DNA from: a virus
Lineage: Duplodnaviria; Caudoviricetes
Length of the DNA: 43,158 nt
Direction: 5' to 3' (one strand)
Virus record (IMG/VR): IMGVR_UViG_3300011336_000447
Span: 1-43,158 of that record
The notes under the pieces were generated by a model. The model was not told where the DNA came from. It saw nothing but the letters and a program-made list of their open reading frames with translations, and did not search any database. Positions 17,603 through 25,816 of this stretch are shown one piece after another; position 1 is the stretch's first letter; each line of letters starts with the position of its first letter. Made by a program: the position numbers and the translations under genes.

Positions 17603-18169
17603 TTAGATTCCTGTCAAGTTGTTAGATGAATGTAAATTGAATGCTACAAGGTACTTAGCATACGCACCGACTTCATTGTCAGGGGCTTGCAAGAAACCAA
17701 CAATACGAAGTTGTTTTGTCGCACCAGTACCGATTGATGTTGTACTGATTTGAGCACCTGAATTACCGTAAATAGTTTCACCGGCAACAGTAAATGTAAA
17801 GTCAGCATTATTACCAACATCACCAGTAGCAGGAGTCGCACTTGCATCGCCTTGAATAGCGTAAATTGTATCAGGGTGTGCAGATACAAAAACATATCTT
17901 TCAGTTGACGCAACACGATAAACAGTTGAGCTATCTGTAACAGCTTCAACACTTGTAACAACGCCGATAGCGTAGTTTGTAGCACCTGCCGTAGCACGGA
18001 TAACGTCAGGAACGCCTTTTGCGTCAGATGTTCCTGCAAAAATAACAGGATCACCAACAAATACCGCAGTACTGTCAGATGATGGAATACGATAGCGAAC
18101 CGTAGGAATAATTGAACTCCCACGATTGAATAAAGGCACAAAACCTTTAGGTGTATTTGAATTAGGCAT
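17603..18169 (-). CDS. Capsid decoration/cement-like protein
   Basis: P.GF.P, FVGDPV and LRIVG motifs; directly upstream of the major capsid gene. Confidence 0.65.
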   Translation of the reverse strand: MPNSNTPKGFVPLFNRGSSIIPTVRYRIPSSDSTAVFVGDPVIFAGTSDAKGVPDVIRATAGATNYAIGVVTSVEAVTDSSTVYRVASTERYVFVSAHPDTIYAIQGDASATPATGDVGNNADFTFTVAGETIYGNSGAQISTTSIGTGATKQLRIVGFLQAPDNEVGAYAKYLVAFNLHSSNNLTGI

Positions 18170-18749
18170 AATTTCCTATATCTATATTTTGATGATTTCG
18201 TTTTATCTCTGCCCTGCCTTCCATTTCATTTGCATTACTACGCAATGAGTCAGCATAGACTTGAGATGATGATTGATTTTTTGCTGCTAAACGCTTTTCA
18301 CGATGTTCTCGAACGCACATCATAGCTACTAAAACGCCTTCACCTGTCTGTTTTTCTAATACAACGTGTTGCATATCAAGGAGGAGGTCGTCTTTTGTTA
18401 TTTTGACATAGCCAAGTTCTTTTTTCTTTTCTAAATTGGAATAATCCAACCCCAAAGAATTACGCTTAACTAAAACCCAACGATAATCAGCTATATTATC
18501 AGGGTCATTTACTGCTTTTTTTAATACATCTAGTGTACTTTTATTCATGGTATCATAGATAGGGGCTTGATTCAAGAATTTTCTTAATTGTTCAATGCCA
18601 CCACTTACGGTTTCAGTTTCACTTGGTAAAACTGTGTCAGCCTGTCCAATTTGAAAGTCATCATTCTTTATCGCCCTAGCTGTTGCAGGGTGTAATTCAC
18701 TCATTTTTTTAGCAATTTGTTGTTTTGCTTTATCTGATACTGTAACCAT
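18162..18749 (-). CDS. Head-module hypothetical protein
   Basis: YRWV..GY pattern; lies between scaffold and capsid genes. Confidence 0.6.
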   Translation of the reverse strand: MVTVSDKAKQQIAKKMSELHPATARAIKNDDFQIGQADTVLPSETETVSGGIEQLRKFLNQAPIYDTMNKSTLDVLKKAVNDPDNIADYRWVLVKRNSLGLDYSNLEKKKELGYVKITKDDLLLDMQHVVLEKQTGEGVLVAMMCVREHREKRLAAKNQSSSQVYADSLRSNANEMEGRAEIKRNHQNIDIGNYA

Positions 18750-18750
18750 A

Positions 18751-19704
18751 TTAGCCTCTTAATTCCTGAATTGTTGTTTTTGTAAATCTGTCTAATTGCT
18801 CTTTAGTAGCCTTAGGGAAGTATTCTTTAAAATCTTTAAGTTGAGAATTTAACGCAGACCGCTGTTCAGTCGTTAAGCCGTCTGATTGTCTTTGAGAACT
18901 AACACCACTTAAAACATCACCACGAGGCGGATTTACCGCTGTTTTAACTGTCTTAATCTTATCTGGATATCGCAACTCTAAATCCTCTTTTGCACCGTTT
19001 AAAGCGTCTATTATATCAACGCCAGCATCAAGATAACCCTGTAAAATACTATCGTATCTTACTTTCATAACCTTATCATTTTCATACCAAGGATTCGCAT
19101 CGACGAATTGCTTAACGGTATTAACAACTTGTACGCTATGTTGTGGTTGTGCTTCAAACTGTTTTTCTTGTTGTTCATATTGTGCAAGTTTTTGTTTGAC
19201 AATCTCTTCTTGCTCAACTTTATCATTAAAGGTTTCTTTATCTGATAAATCAAAAGCCTCTTCTTTTTCACGTTCCAGTTTACGCAAAATACCTTTAAGG
19301 TTATTACGCTCTTGTTCCCGTGCTGTCTTGACTTGCTGTACGCTTAATTCTTTAATCGTTGCAATTTCTTTTTGCATCGATTCCATTACGTCCTTAGTTT
19401 TAACAACATAATTATTAGCGTTTTTAAGCCATTCCTTAGCGGTCTTCTTACCGCTTGGATTCCACCCTATCTCTTTTGCTAACTTCTCGACATCTTGATT
19501 AGCCATTGAATCAATATAAGAATTGTTAGGCTTAGGGCTTGGGGCTTCTTGTGCCGTTTCTGTATCGGTATCGGTATCAATGTCATCATGGGCATCATCA
19601 GCAGTATCAACATCAGGTGTATCAATGACATCATCAGGGATATCGACATCATTGGTTTCAGGCGTTTCAGGGGGCATTGAAAAAAAACTTGTTTCCGTAC
19701 TCAT
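18751..19704 (-). CDS. Scaffolding protein
   Basis: Acidic N-terminus, coiled coil, GWNP and NPWY motifs. Confidence 0.7.
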   Translation of the reverse strand: MSTETSFFSMPPETPETNDVDIPDDVIDTPDVDTADDAHDDIDTDTDTETAQEAPSPKPNNSYIDSMANQDVEKLAKEIGWNPSGKKTAKEWLKNANNYVVKTKDVMESMQKEIATIKELSVQQVKTAREQERNNLKGILRKLEREKEEAFDLSDKETFNDKVEQEEIVKQKLAQYEQQEKQFEAQPQHSVQVVNTVKQFVDANPWYENDKVMKVRYDSILQGYLDAGVDIIDALNGAKEDLELRYPDKIKTVKTAVNPPRGDVLSGVSSQRQSDGLTTEQRSALNSQLKDFKEYFPKATKEQLDRFTKTTIQELRG

Positions 19705-19705
19705 A

Positions 19706-20038
19706 TTACGCTCCTACCACTGCTAAAACATCGCTATCTTTAATTAAGCGATAATGATTTCCGTTATCATCTTGATATAAAAACCCACTATGTAAATTGG
19801 TTATTACATTATCACCAACCTTAGGGGCTGTATCTGCGTGGTCAAGAAACGACAACACGCCAATTTTAACAATCTTACCGCTACCGCCTTTGAGAAAATC
19901 TTTCTCGCTAACTTTTGACGGTATAATTAAACCGCCTTGAGTAACTTTATCTTCGTGTTTATCCACTTGAATTAACACACGGTTAAATGTTACCGCAACA
20001 TTATCAATATTGCCTATGTTCACTAATTCTGTTGTCAA
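19706..20038 (-). CDS. groES: GroES/Cpn10-like co-chaperonin
   Basis: NRVLI, mobile loop TQGGLIIP, KVGDNV and YRLIKDSDVLAV. Confidence 0.88.
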   Translation of the reverse strand: MTTELVNIGNIDNVAVTFNRVLIQVDKHEDKVTQGGLIIPSKVSEKDFLKGGSGKIVKIGVLSFLDHADTAPKVGDNVITNLHSGFLYQDDNGNHYRLIKDSDVLAVVGA

Positions 20039-20039
20039 T

Positions 20040-20360
20040 TTATGCTCCTATTGACTGGTTGCTTGCTTGTAGTATCTTATGGATTGCTTCAATCTCAGCA
20101 ATCATATTGTCAAAATCAAACAATGCGTCTGATATTTGACGAATATTCTTTAAAATATCTCTTTCTAACTGTGGATTATATGTTTTAGCCAAGTCATCAT
20201 TATCACCTGCTAAAACGATATAAGCCGTGCGGACAATACTATCAGCCTTGAGGCGTAGATATTCCTGTAGGAATATTCCCTCGTTCGTCCGCATTAACCC
20301 CTTGAGGGATTCCTCCGTCACCGTTAAGTTGTTGAGGGTTATTGTCCGCTTGCTGTCCAT
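20040..20360 (-). CDS. Hypothetical protein
   Basis: GGGAG RBS inside the portal 3' end. Confidence 0.6.
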   Translation of the reverse strand: MDSKRTITLNNLTVTEESLKGLMRTNEGIFLQEYLRLKADSIVRTAYIVLAGDNDDLAKTYNPQLERDILKNIRQISDALFDFDNMIAEIEAIHKILQASNQSIGA

Positions 20361-22326
20361 TTACTGCTCCCATATCAGGTGTATTGCGTAGGTTTATCTC
20401 TTGTAATTGTCTATCTAAGTCAGCGTTCTCAATGTCTGATATTGCTTTAATTCGGTCAATCTCTAATGTATCTTGTTTTATCTCGTTATCTAGCAACGCT
20501 TTAAGAGTATCAATTTGATTTTTGTTATCTGCTATTGCTTTTTGAAGTTCTAATTGTGCCTTGCCAAGTTCTAATTGTCCCATCATTAACGGATCAGGCT
20601 GTGCTTGCTGTGCTTCTGGTGGGTCTGTCAAATAATAATCAGGGTTATCAATACCCATTAATCGCAATACTTCTTTTTGTGTACGCTTGGCATCATAAAA
20701 GGGGTTTTGCATCTTTGACTCAAAGAATTGCACTTGTGCCATTTGTCTAGCATTACCAATCGAATCAATGTCTTTGTTTGGTATAAATACTATCTCTTTG
20801 TTATCAAATATCGACTGGTTAATTTGTATGCCTGTTAATTCTGCATATCTCTGTGTATTAAAATACTTCTTGTTTGCTTCGACAAGTGCATTAACTTCTG
20901 ATTTAAACGCCGTAAAGAAACGCTTAAGAACTGCCCGAAGCTTCTTAGTGCTTTCCTCTGCCATAATCATTGCTGTAGTTGGGGCTGTATTTGCAGTAAA
21001 GTTTTCACTGTTCATCTGATTCAGGTTTGCCAATGATGATGATTTACTATCGAGTAATTGCATCATAGCAATAAGCGTTTGACTTGGCTCTGGGTTAGGC
21101 ATAGGCATAAACGAATCACGGATTGATTGTCCTGTCGCTCTAATACCTTTCCACTCGCCCGCACTAAAATTAAATACACGGTCTTTGGTATTAATATCAG
21201 CACTAAACACACCACCACCTAAAGCGGACTTTGCCCCTGCATCAATGGTTAAATTAAGGATTGACGATAAAGCATTTTGAGACATCTCTAATATTGAACC
21301 AAAGCCTTTGCCCCAAAAATCATTACTCGGCAAGAATGAATATTTACAATAACGAGGCTTTGCTTTGATAATGATTGCTTTGTTATTTTCACCACGAACA
21401 ATCTTATCAAAGTTTTTTTCCAATCTTAATAAACACGAATCATCTTTACAAACCCAAGCGATATATGGTTCAGGATAGCCGTCACCGTCTAAATCTAATC
21501 GCAAACACATTTCTATGATTGAGTATTCGTCTTCGTCGTCATCGTCAGGCTTTTCCTCTGCATCATCGTCAATAAAATACTTTGACTGATATAAAGGCTC
21601 AATATCGTCTTTACAATATACCGCACATTCTGACAACCTCTTTGCACCGTCAATCGTCTTTGCACCCTTATTAACAACAAAATCAGTAGCTTTAATGACT
21701 TTATGCACGGGTATATTTTCAATCGGACAATGCGAATACTTGCGAATAACAGTGCCTTGGACGCACAATAGCTTTGCTAATTCTTGTGTTTCCTCCACCC
21801 AATCAGGCATATCTTCGGTTAACTGATAATTGAGGATTTTAACTGCATCTTCTGAATCCATTAATGCTTTGTGGTTTTTAATGCGTGCTTCTTTTATTGC
21901 ATTAATTACAATAGGCTTGGCATCTTGTCCCTCTGGTATCTGTCCATTAACCGCAAGCATGACAGCCATATCTTCTTGGCTTGGCACGTCCTTTGCATTT
22001 TTAGACCGCACAGGCTCATCAAGAGGGAACTCATTAATAAACGTTGTTAAAAACTCATTACTTGCGTCCGTTAATAGCATGTAATGCAGGCGAGATCCTC
22101 CATTTATGCGTGCTGTCCGTAAGTAATCCTCATCATTATCACATACGCCAAGATAACGCTTCATTTTTTCATGTGCTGTATTACAATCCATTTTATCTTG
22201 GTCATAAAATTCAACAATACCCGTTGCAATAGCGGTTTTATCTATATCAGATAACACCGTAACAAGGTTTTCTGTATTGTCTATTTGTGTAGGTTTTAAT
22301 AGTTTTTGTATTTTAATATCCGACAT
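20242..22326 (-). CDS. Portal protein
   Basis: 694 aa directly after terL; DLDGDGYPEPYI, FWGKGFG and EPSQTL motifs. Confidence 0.85.
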   Translation of the reverse strand: MSDIKIQKLLKPTQIDNTENLVTVLSDIDKTAIATGIVEFYDQDKMDCNTAHEKMKRYLGVCDNDEDYLRTARINGGSRLHYMLLTDASNEFLTTFINEFPLDEPVRSKNAKDVPSQEDMAVMLAVNGQIPEGQDAKPIVINAIKEARIKNHKALMDSEDAVKILNYQLTEDMPDWVEETQELAKLLCVQGTVIRKYSHCPIENIPVHKVIKATDFVVNKGAKTIDGAKRLSECAVYCKDDIEPLYQSKYFIDDDAEEKPDDDDEDEYSIIEMCLRLDLDGDGYPEPYIAWVCKDDSCLLRLEKNFDKIVRGENNKAIIIKAKPRYCKYSFLPSNDFWGKGFGSILEMSQNALSSILNLTIDAGAKSALGGGVFSADINTKDRVFNFSAGEWKGIRATGQSIRDSFMPMPNPEPSQTLIAMMQLLDSKSSSLANLNQMNSENFTANTAPTTAMIMAEESTKKLRAVLKRFFTAFKSEVNALVEANKKYFNTQRYAELTGIQINQSIFDNKEIVFIPNKDIDSIGNARQMAQVQFFESKMQNPFYDAKRTQKEVLRLMGIDNPDYYLTDPPEAQQAQPDPLMMGQLELGKAQLELQKAIADNKNQIDTLKALLDNEIKQDTLEIDRIKAISDIENADLDRQLQEINLRNTPDMGAVNGQQADNNPQQLNGDGGIPQGVNADERGNIPTGISTPQG

Positions 22327-23578
22327 TTACAGCCCCTCGCCAGTCATCGTATTCATAATCGTCATAATTATCATTTTTAAATATTTTACGCAACGCTTCT
22401 GTCGCATACCGCAAAGAGTCTATTAAGTGATTGTTTTTATCCTCTAAAATCGGCAACACCTCGTTAGTCTGTCTATTAACTTTATAACTGTACGTTGCCA
22501 ATTCTTCGATAACGTGCTTGCATCTGGGGTGTACGATAATATCATAGGATTGTAACCATGCTATACCCTCCTCGACACTGCCCTTACCCTTTGACGCCTT
22601 CATAAGCTTGGGGAATCCATTATTGTTTAAATGCGATATAGTTTCAGGTCGTGCCGAATCAGCGTACATAATCCATCGGTTAGCCTCGGGAATTGCCATA
22701 AATAAATCAGGTATATCAACAATCTCACAACCTATTTTATATGCCTCATAGTCAATATAAAGCGTCTTGCAATTGATATAGCACCGCACTGCACAAGTTG
22801 GGTCAATCGCATAACCCCAATCAGCACCAAGCCTAAACATAGCTTGTTTGTCTGTCTCAAACTCTTTGATTGTCCAATTATTAAACACCCTTGTGTTGGC
22901 ATTGTAATCATGCTCTCCAAGCCATATATGCCCATAACGTCCTGCTTGCGTCTTTAGGCAGTGCAACCGTTCTATTTCCGCCTCCTTGCTAAAAAAGGGG
23001 TTTTTATAATAGTTTACATGATGCACTTGAGTGTTATTGTTAGCGTGTTGTATATAATCCACATCGACAGCATCGGTTGTGTGTCTGCGATTCATCAAAA
23101 AAATCAATCTTGATCCGTCTTTACGGATAGTAGGCTTAAGCGTATCAAGCACAGACCGTGATATATCCTGTGCCTCGTCTATTAAACATATATCGTATGA
23201 TTGCAAGCCCTTGATGTTGCCCTCATTGCGGTCAAAACCCATAAAATCAATTTGCGAACCATTAATAGCCTTAATCTCTGTATCCATTATCTTAAAAAAC
23301 GAATTAAGTTGTAACTCTTTGATTGCCTCGACAAATACTTGTTTAATTGATTTATTAATTGCACTCATAAATTGACGACCGCATATCAGGCGTAAGGGTT
23401 TTTGCGTCAACAATAGCGTTATATCTCTAACGGCTGTTGTTGTTTTCCCACTCGACCTGCCTCCATGCACAACAGTATTGCGTATCGGTCTGTAAAAAAT
23501 AGACCCATAATCAGGACATACAGCCCATGCAGGACGTTGATAATGGACTACATTATTTGTCATCTTTTGATTCGACAT
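22313..23578 (-). CDS. terL: Terminase large subunit (PBSX/Terminase_3 family)
   Basis: Walker A GGRSSGKT, Walker B LIDEAQ, DWGY..DP and NHLIDSLRY. Confidence 0.95.
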   Translation of the reverse strand: MSNQKMTNNVVHYQRPAWAVCPDYGSIFYRPIRNTVVHGGRSSGKTTTAVRDITLLLTQKPLRLICGRQFMSAINKSIKQVFVEAIKELQLNSFFKIMDTEIKAINGSQIDFMGFDRNEGNIKGLQSYDICLIDEAQDISRSVLDTLKPTIRKDGSRLIFLMNRRHTTDAVDVDYIQHANNNTQVHHVNYYKNPFFSKEAEIERLHCLKTQAGRYGHIWLGEHDYNANTRVFNNWTIKEFETDKQAMFRLGADWGYAIDPTCAVRCYINCKTLYIDYEAYKIGCEIVDIPDLFMAIPEANRWIMYADSARPETISHLNNNGFPKLMKASKGKGSVEEGIAWLQSYDIIVHPRCKHVIEELATYSYKVNRQTNEVLPILEDKNNHLIDSLRYATEALRKIFKNDNYDDYEYDDWRGAVNVGY

Positions 23579-24029
23579 TATGAATTATTATTTTTGGTAA
23601 ATTTAAAAAATTAATGTCTGTTTTATTATCAAACGCCTTAATATTAATATGCTTACCGATTAATTCGAGTGCTTTCAAAGAACCTGTAGAATCAAATTTA
23701 TAAAGATATTCACCGTTTTCATTTTTTAAAGGCACTCGTTCTTTGCCTTGAAATTCAGTTAATAACTCTTTTTCTTCCATGCACCGATTGTGTACTTTTA
23801 TTGCTTGCGATAAAACCCATTCAGCGTTTATTTCTAGTTTTTGTTCTCGTTCAGCTTTGAGTTTTGATAGATATTCTTGTATAGCAGGTTTTAGCAGGTT
23901 TTCTTGAGCAATGACTCTTGCTGTATCCTCGCTATACCCTGCACGGATTGCAGCTTGCGTGCCATTCAAATCAATAAGGTATTCTTTACAAAATAACTCT
24001 TGCTTATCTGTAAGTTTTTTTACTGTCAT
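23553..24029 (-). CDS. terS: Terminase small subunit (start likely MTVKK)
   Basis: LTDKQELFCKEYLIDLNGTQAAIRAGYS and ALELIGKH. Confidence 0.93.
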   Translation of the reverse strand: MTVKKLTDKQELFCKEYLIDLNGTQAAIRAGYSEDTARVIAQENLLKPAIQEYLSKLKAEREQKLEINAEWVLSQAIKVHNRCMEEKELLTEFQGKERVPLKNENGEYLYKFDSTGSLKALELIGKHINIKAFDNKTDINFLNLPKIIIHNVESKDDK

Positions 24030-24035
24030 ATATAA

Positions 24036-24064
24036 AAAATACCACATACAAAAAATAAATGCAA
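24036..24064 (-). promoter_or_regulatory. Promoter for the terS/structural operon, probably leaderless
   Basis: TTGCAT-17-TATTTT with TG; ATG lies 7 nt after the -10; no SD sequence. Confidence 0.5.
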
Positions 24065-24092
24065 TTAATTTAAAAAATATGCAAAATAGGTG

Positions 24093-24121
24093 TTGACTTT
24101 ACTCTTAAATAAGAGTATAAC
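24093..24121 (+). promoter_or_regulatory. Sigma70 promoter with palindromic operator
   Basis: TTGACT-17-TATAAC; TACTCTTA-AA-TAAGAGTA at 24100-24117. Confidence 0.75.
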
Positions 24122-24164
24122 TATAAACAGGACGCAATCAAGCGGACAAATTGGAGAGACTGAG

Positions 24165-24371
24165 ATGACAAACACAACAATCACAACAGGCGATTTTGAA
24201 ATAACCCATAACGGTTATGATTTTAAAATATCAAAAATAAGCTCTTATTTTGTTTTTGGGACAACTTTTGCCAATTTTAAAAACCTGCTAAAAAATCCAA
24301 CAATCAAAGGCGAGCGAGCCAACGATATTCGCAGAGTGAAAACCGTTTTAAAAAATGCGGGATTGATTTAA
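24165..24371 (+). CDS. Hypothetical protein (start MTNTT)
   Basis: AATTGGAGAG RBS. Confidence 0.65.
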   Translation: MTNTTITTGDFEITHNGYDFKISKISSYFVFGTTFANFKNLLKNPTIKGERANDIRRVKTVLKNAGLI

Positions 24372-24429
24372 TGATCCCCCAACAACAGACAGGTAACCCC
24401 TGCCACAATTTAACACAAGGATAAATAAG

Positions 24430-24690
24430 ATGTATGAGTTAAATGAGTTAATTGCCTTCCGCAAAAAAAAACAACAAAACCAACCATTAACACCAAAAAT
24501 GTTAAATATTTTTTGTAAAAAATTACAGATTCAAGAAAAATTTAAGAAAAAAAACAATGTTAGAGGTCGATATTATTTAGAGCAGTCTATTTTTATAGAC
24601 AACCATAAAAGTTTAAATTTAGTTAAGATAAAATTTAACGAAATTGAATATTACACTGATTTTGATTTTTTTGTAAAAGTTAAAATATGA
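24430..24690 (+). CDS. Hypothetical basic protein
   Basis: AAGGA RBS, coupled to the HTH gene. Confidence 0.55.
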   Translation: MYELNELIAFRKKKQQNQPLTPKMLNIFCKKLQIQEKFKKKNNVRGRYYLEQSIFIDNHKSLNLVKIKFNEIEYYTDFDFFVKVKI

Positions 24691-24881
24691 CCCCCCAATC
24701 TCAAATCCAAGCCCTAGAGTCCTTAGGGATAACACGGTATCGCATCGCTTGCGATACTGGTATCAGTCAAGACCAGTTAAGACGCTGGTTACGTGGAGAT
24801 AAGCCATTTAAAAGCAACAGCAATGTAAGCGTTTTAAATGAATATTATGAAAAGTTAATGAAGGGAATTAACGATGTTTAA
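24687..24881 (+). CDS. Cro/XRE-like HTH regulator
   Basis: GITRYRIACDTGISQDQLRRWLRG. Confidence 0.8.
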   Translation: MTPQSQIQALESLGITRYRIACDTGISQDQLRRWLRGDKPFKSNSNVSVLNEYYEKLMKGINDV

Positions 24882-24886
24882 AATTT

Positions 24887-24915
24887 AGGGTGGTATTTTT
24901 ACCGCCCTTTTTTAT
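24887..24915 (+). terminator. Intrinsic terminator
   Basis: AGGGTGGT...ACCGCCCT followed by a T run. Confidence 0.75.
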
Positions 24916-24920
24916 TGCTG

Positions 24921-24978
24921 TAAAAAAAAGAAAACCCCAAGCGTACACTATTTAAGCGAAGAGGCTGGGGGACTATTG
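24921..24978 (-). ncRNA. Candidate sRNA of about 55-60 nt
   Basis: TTGACA-17-CATATT promoter (25012-24984) followed by CCCCAG...TTGGGG hairpin and U-tract; no ORF. Confidence 0.4.
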
Positions 24979-25017
24979 CATTTAATATGCCAAACATTTT
25001 AAAAAATGTCAACCCCC

Positions 25018-25032
25018 TTAACCTTATTTTAA
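25018..25032. promoter_or_regulatory. CtrA-box-like site
   Basis: TTAA-CCTTATT-TTAA, intergenic, next to the -35 of the leftward promoter. Confidence 0.35.
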
Positions 25033-25078
25033 TCAATCCATGATATATTTGTATCATAGTAAATGTAAGGAGTTAGTT

Positions 25079-25294
25079 ATGTATAAATTCATTATTAAAT
25101 TTGACGGTATTTTCAATAAAATCTTAATTGCAAGCATATTAATTTTCATAGGTTTTGTTTTGGGTGGGTGTAGTCCACGCCAGCATATGCAACCCGATTT
25201 AAGCGATTCTGTGCCAAGTAATGCACGATTGCAATACGAGGCTATGCAAAAGTTTAAAGTCCAGCACAAGGCGTTTTATGAGGGTTTGCGTTGA
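25079..25294 (+). CDS. Small lipoprotein candidate
   Basis: AAGGAG RBS; hydrophobic segment ending in the lipobox-like LGGC. Confidence 0.6.
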   Translation: MYKFIIKFDGIFNKILIASILIFIGFVLGGCSPRQHMQPDLSDSVPSNARLQYEAMQKFKVQHKAFYEGLR

Positions 25295-25420
25295 TTGTGG
25301 TTAATTCCATTTTGGAAAATACCACTGACCGAAATCAATGTCGGTTACCTTGCGTTAATTTTACCGTGGTCGGAATCCCGACATCGATGTAAACCCTATT
25401 TTTTTGCAGTTTTTACCCAT

Positions 25421-25815
25421 CTGTCACGACCGACTCGTGACACTTAGCCCCTAACTCGTGACACCACTCGTGACACCTACCATGGAATAACCCTTTGATT
25501 TATAAGGGTTTTTTTTACCTGTCACGAGTGTCACGACCGACTCGTGACACCACTCGTGACACTTAAGCCCTTGATTTATAAAGGATTTTATCTTATAATA
25601 ATAAAATAATAATAAAATAATAAATAAATAGATATAGATAGATAGAGAGAGGTATTTATAATTTTGTATCTATATCTATCTATCTAAATGACTCGTGACA
25701 CTCGTGACACTCGTGACACCATATAACAAACCTTTGATTTATAAAGGATTTTATATAAAAATACCTGTCACGAGCTACTCGTAACAGGTCGTGACACTCG
25801 TGACACCTGTCACGG
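25421..25815. other. Putative replication origin: CGTGACA iterons, IHF sites, AT-rich core
   Basis: About 15 copies of CGTGACA in both orientations, three WATCAA-N4-TTR matches, AT-rich stretch 25590-25690; immediately downstream of the primase-helicase gene. Confidence 0.85.
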
Positions 25816-25816
25816 A

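Noticed and set aside
25421-25815. CGTGACAC repeats as a CRISPR array
   Set aside because: Units are 7-11 bp, in both orientations and irregularly spaced, with no spacer structure and no cas genes; they fit origin iterons
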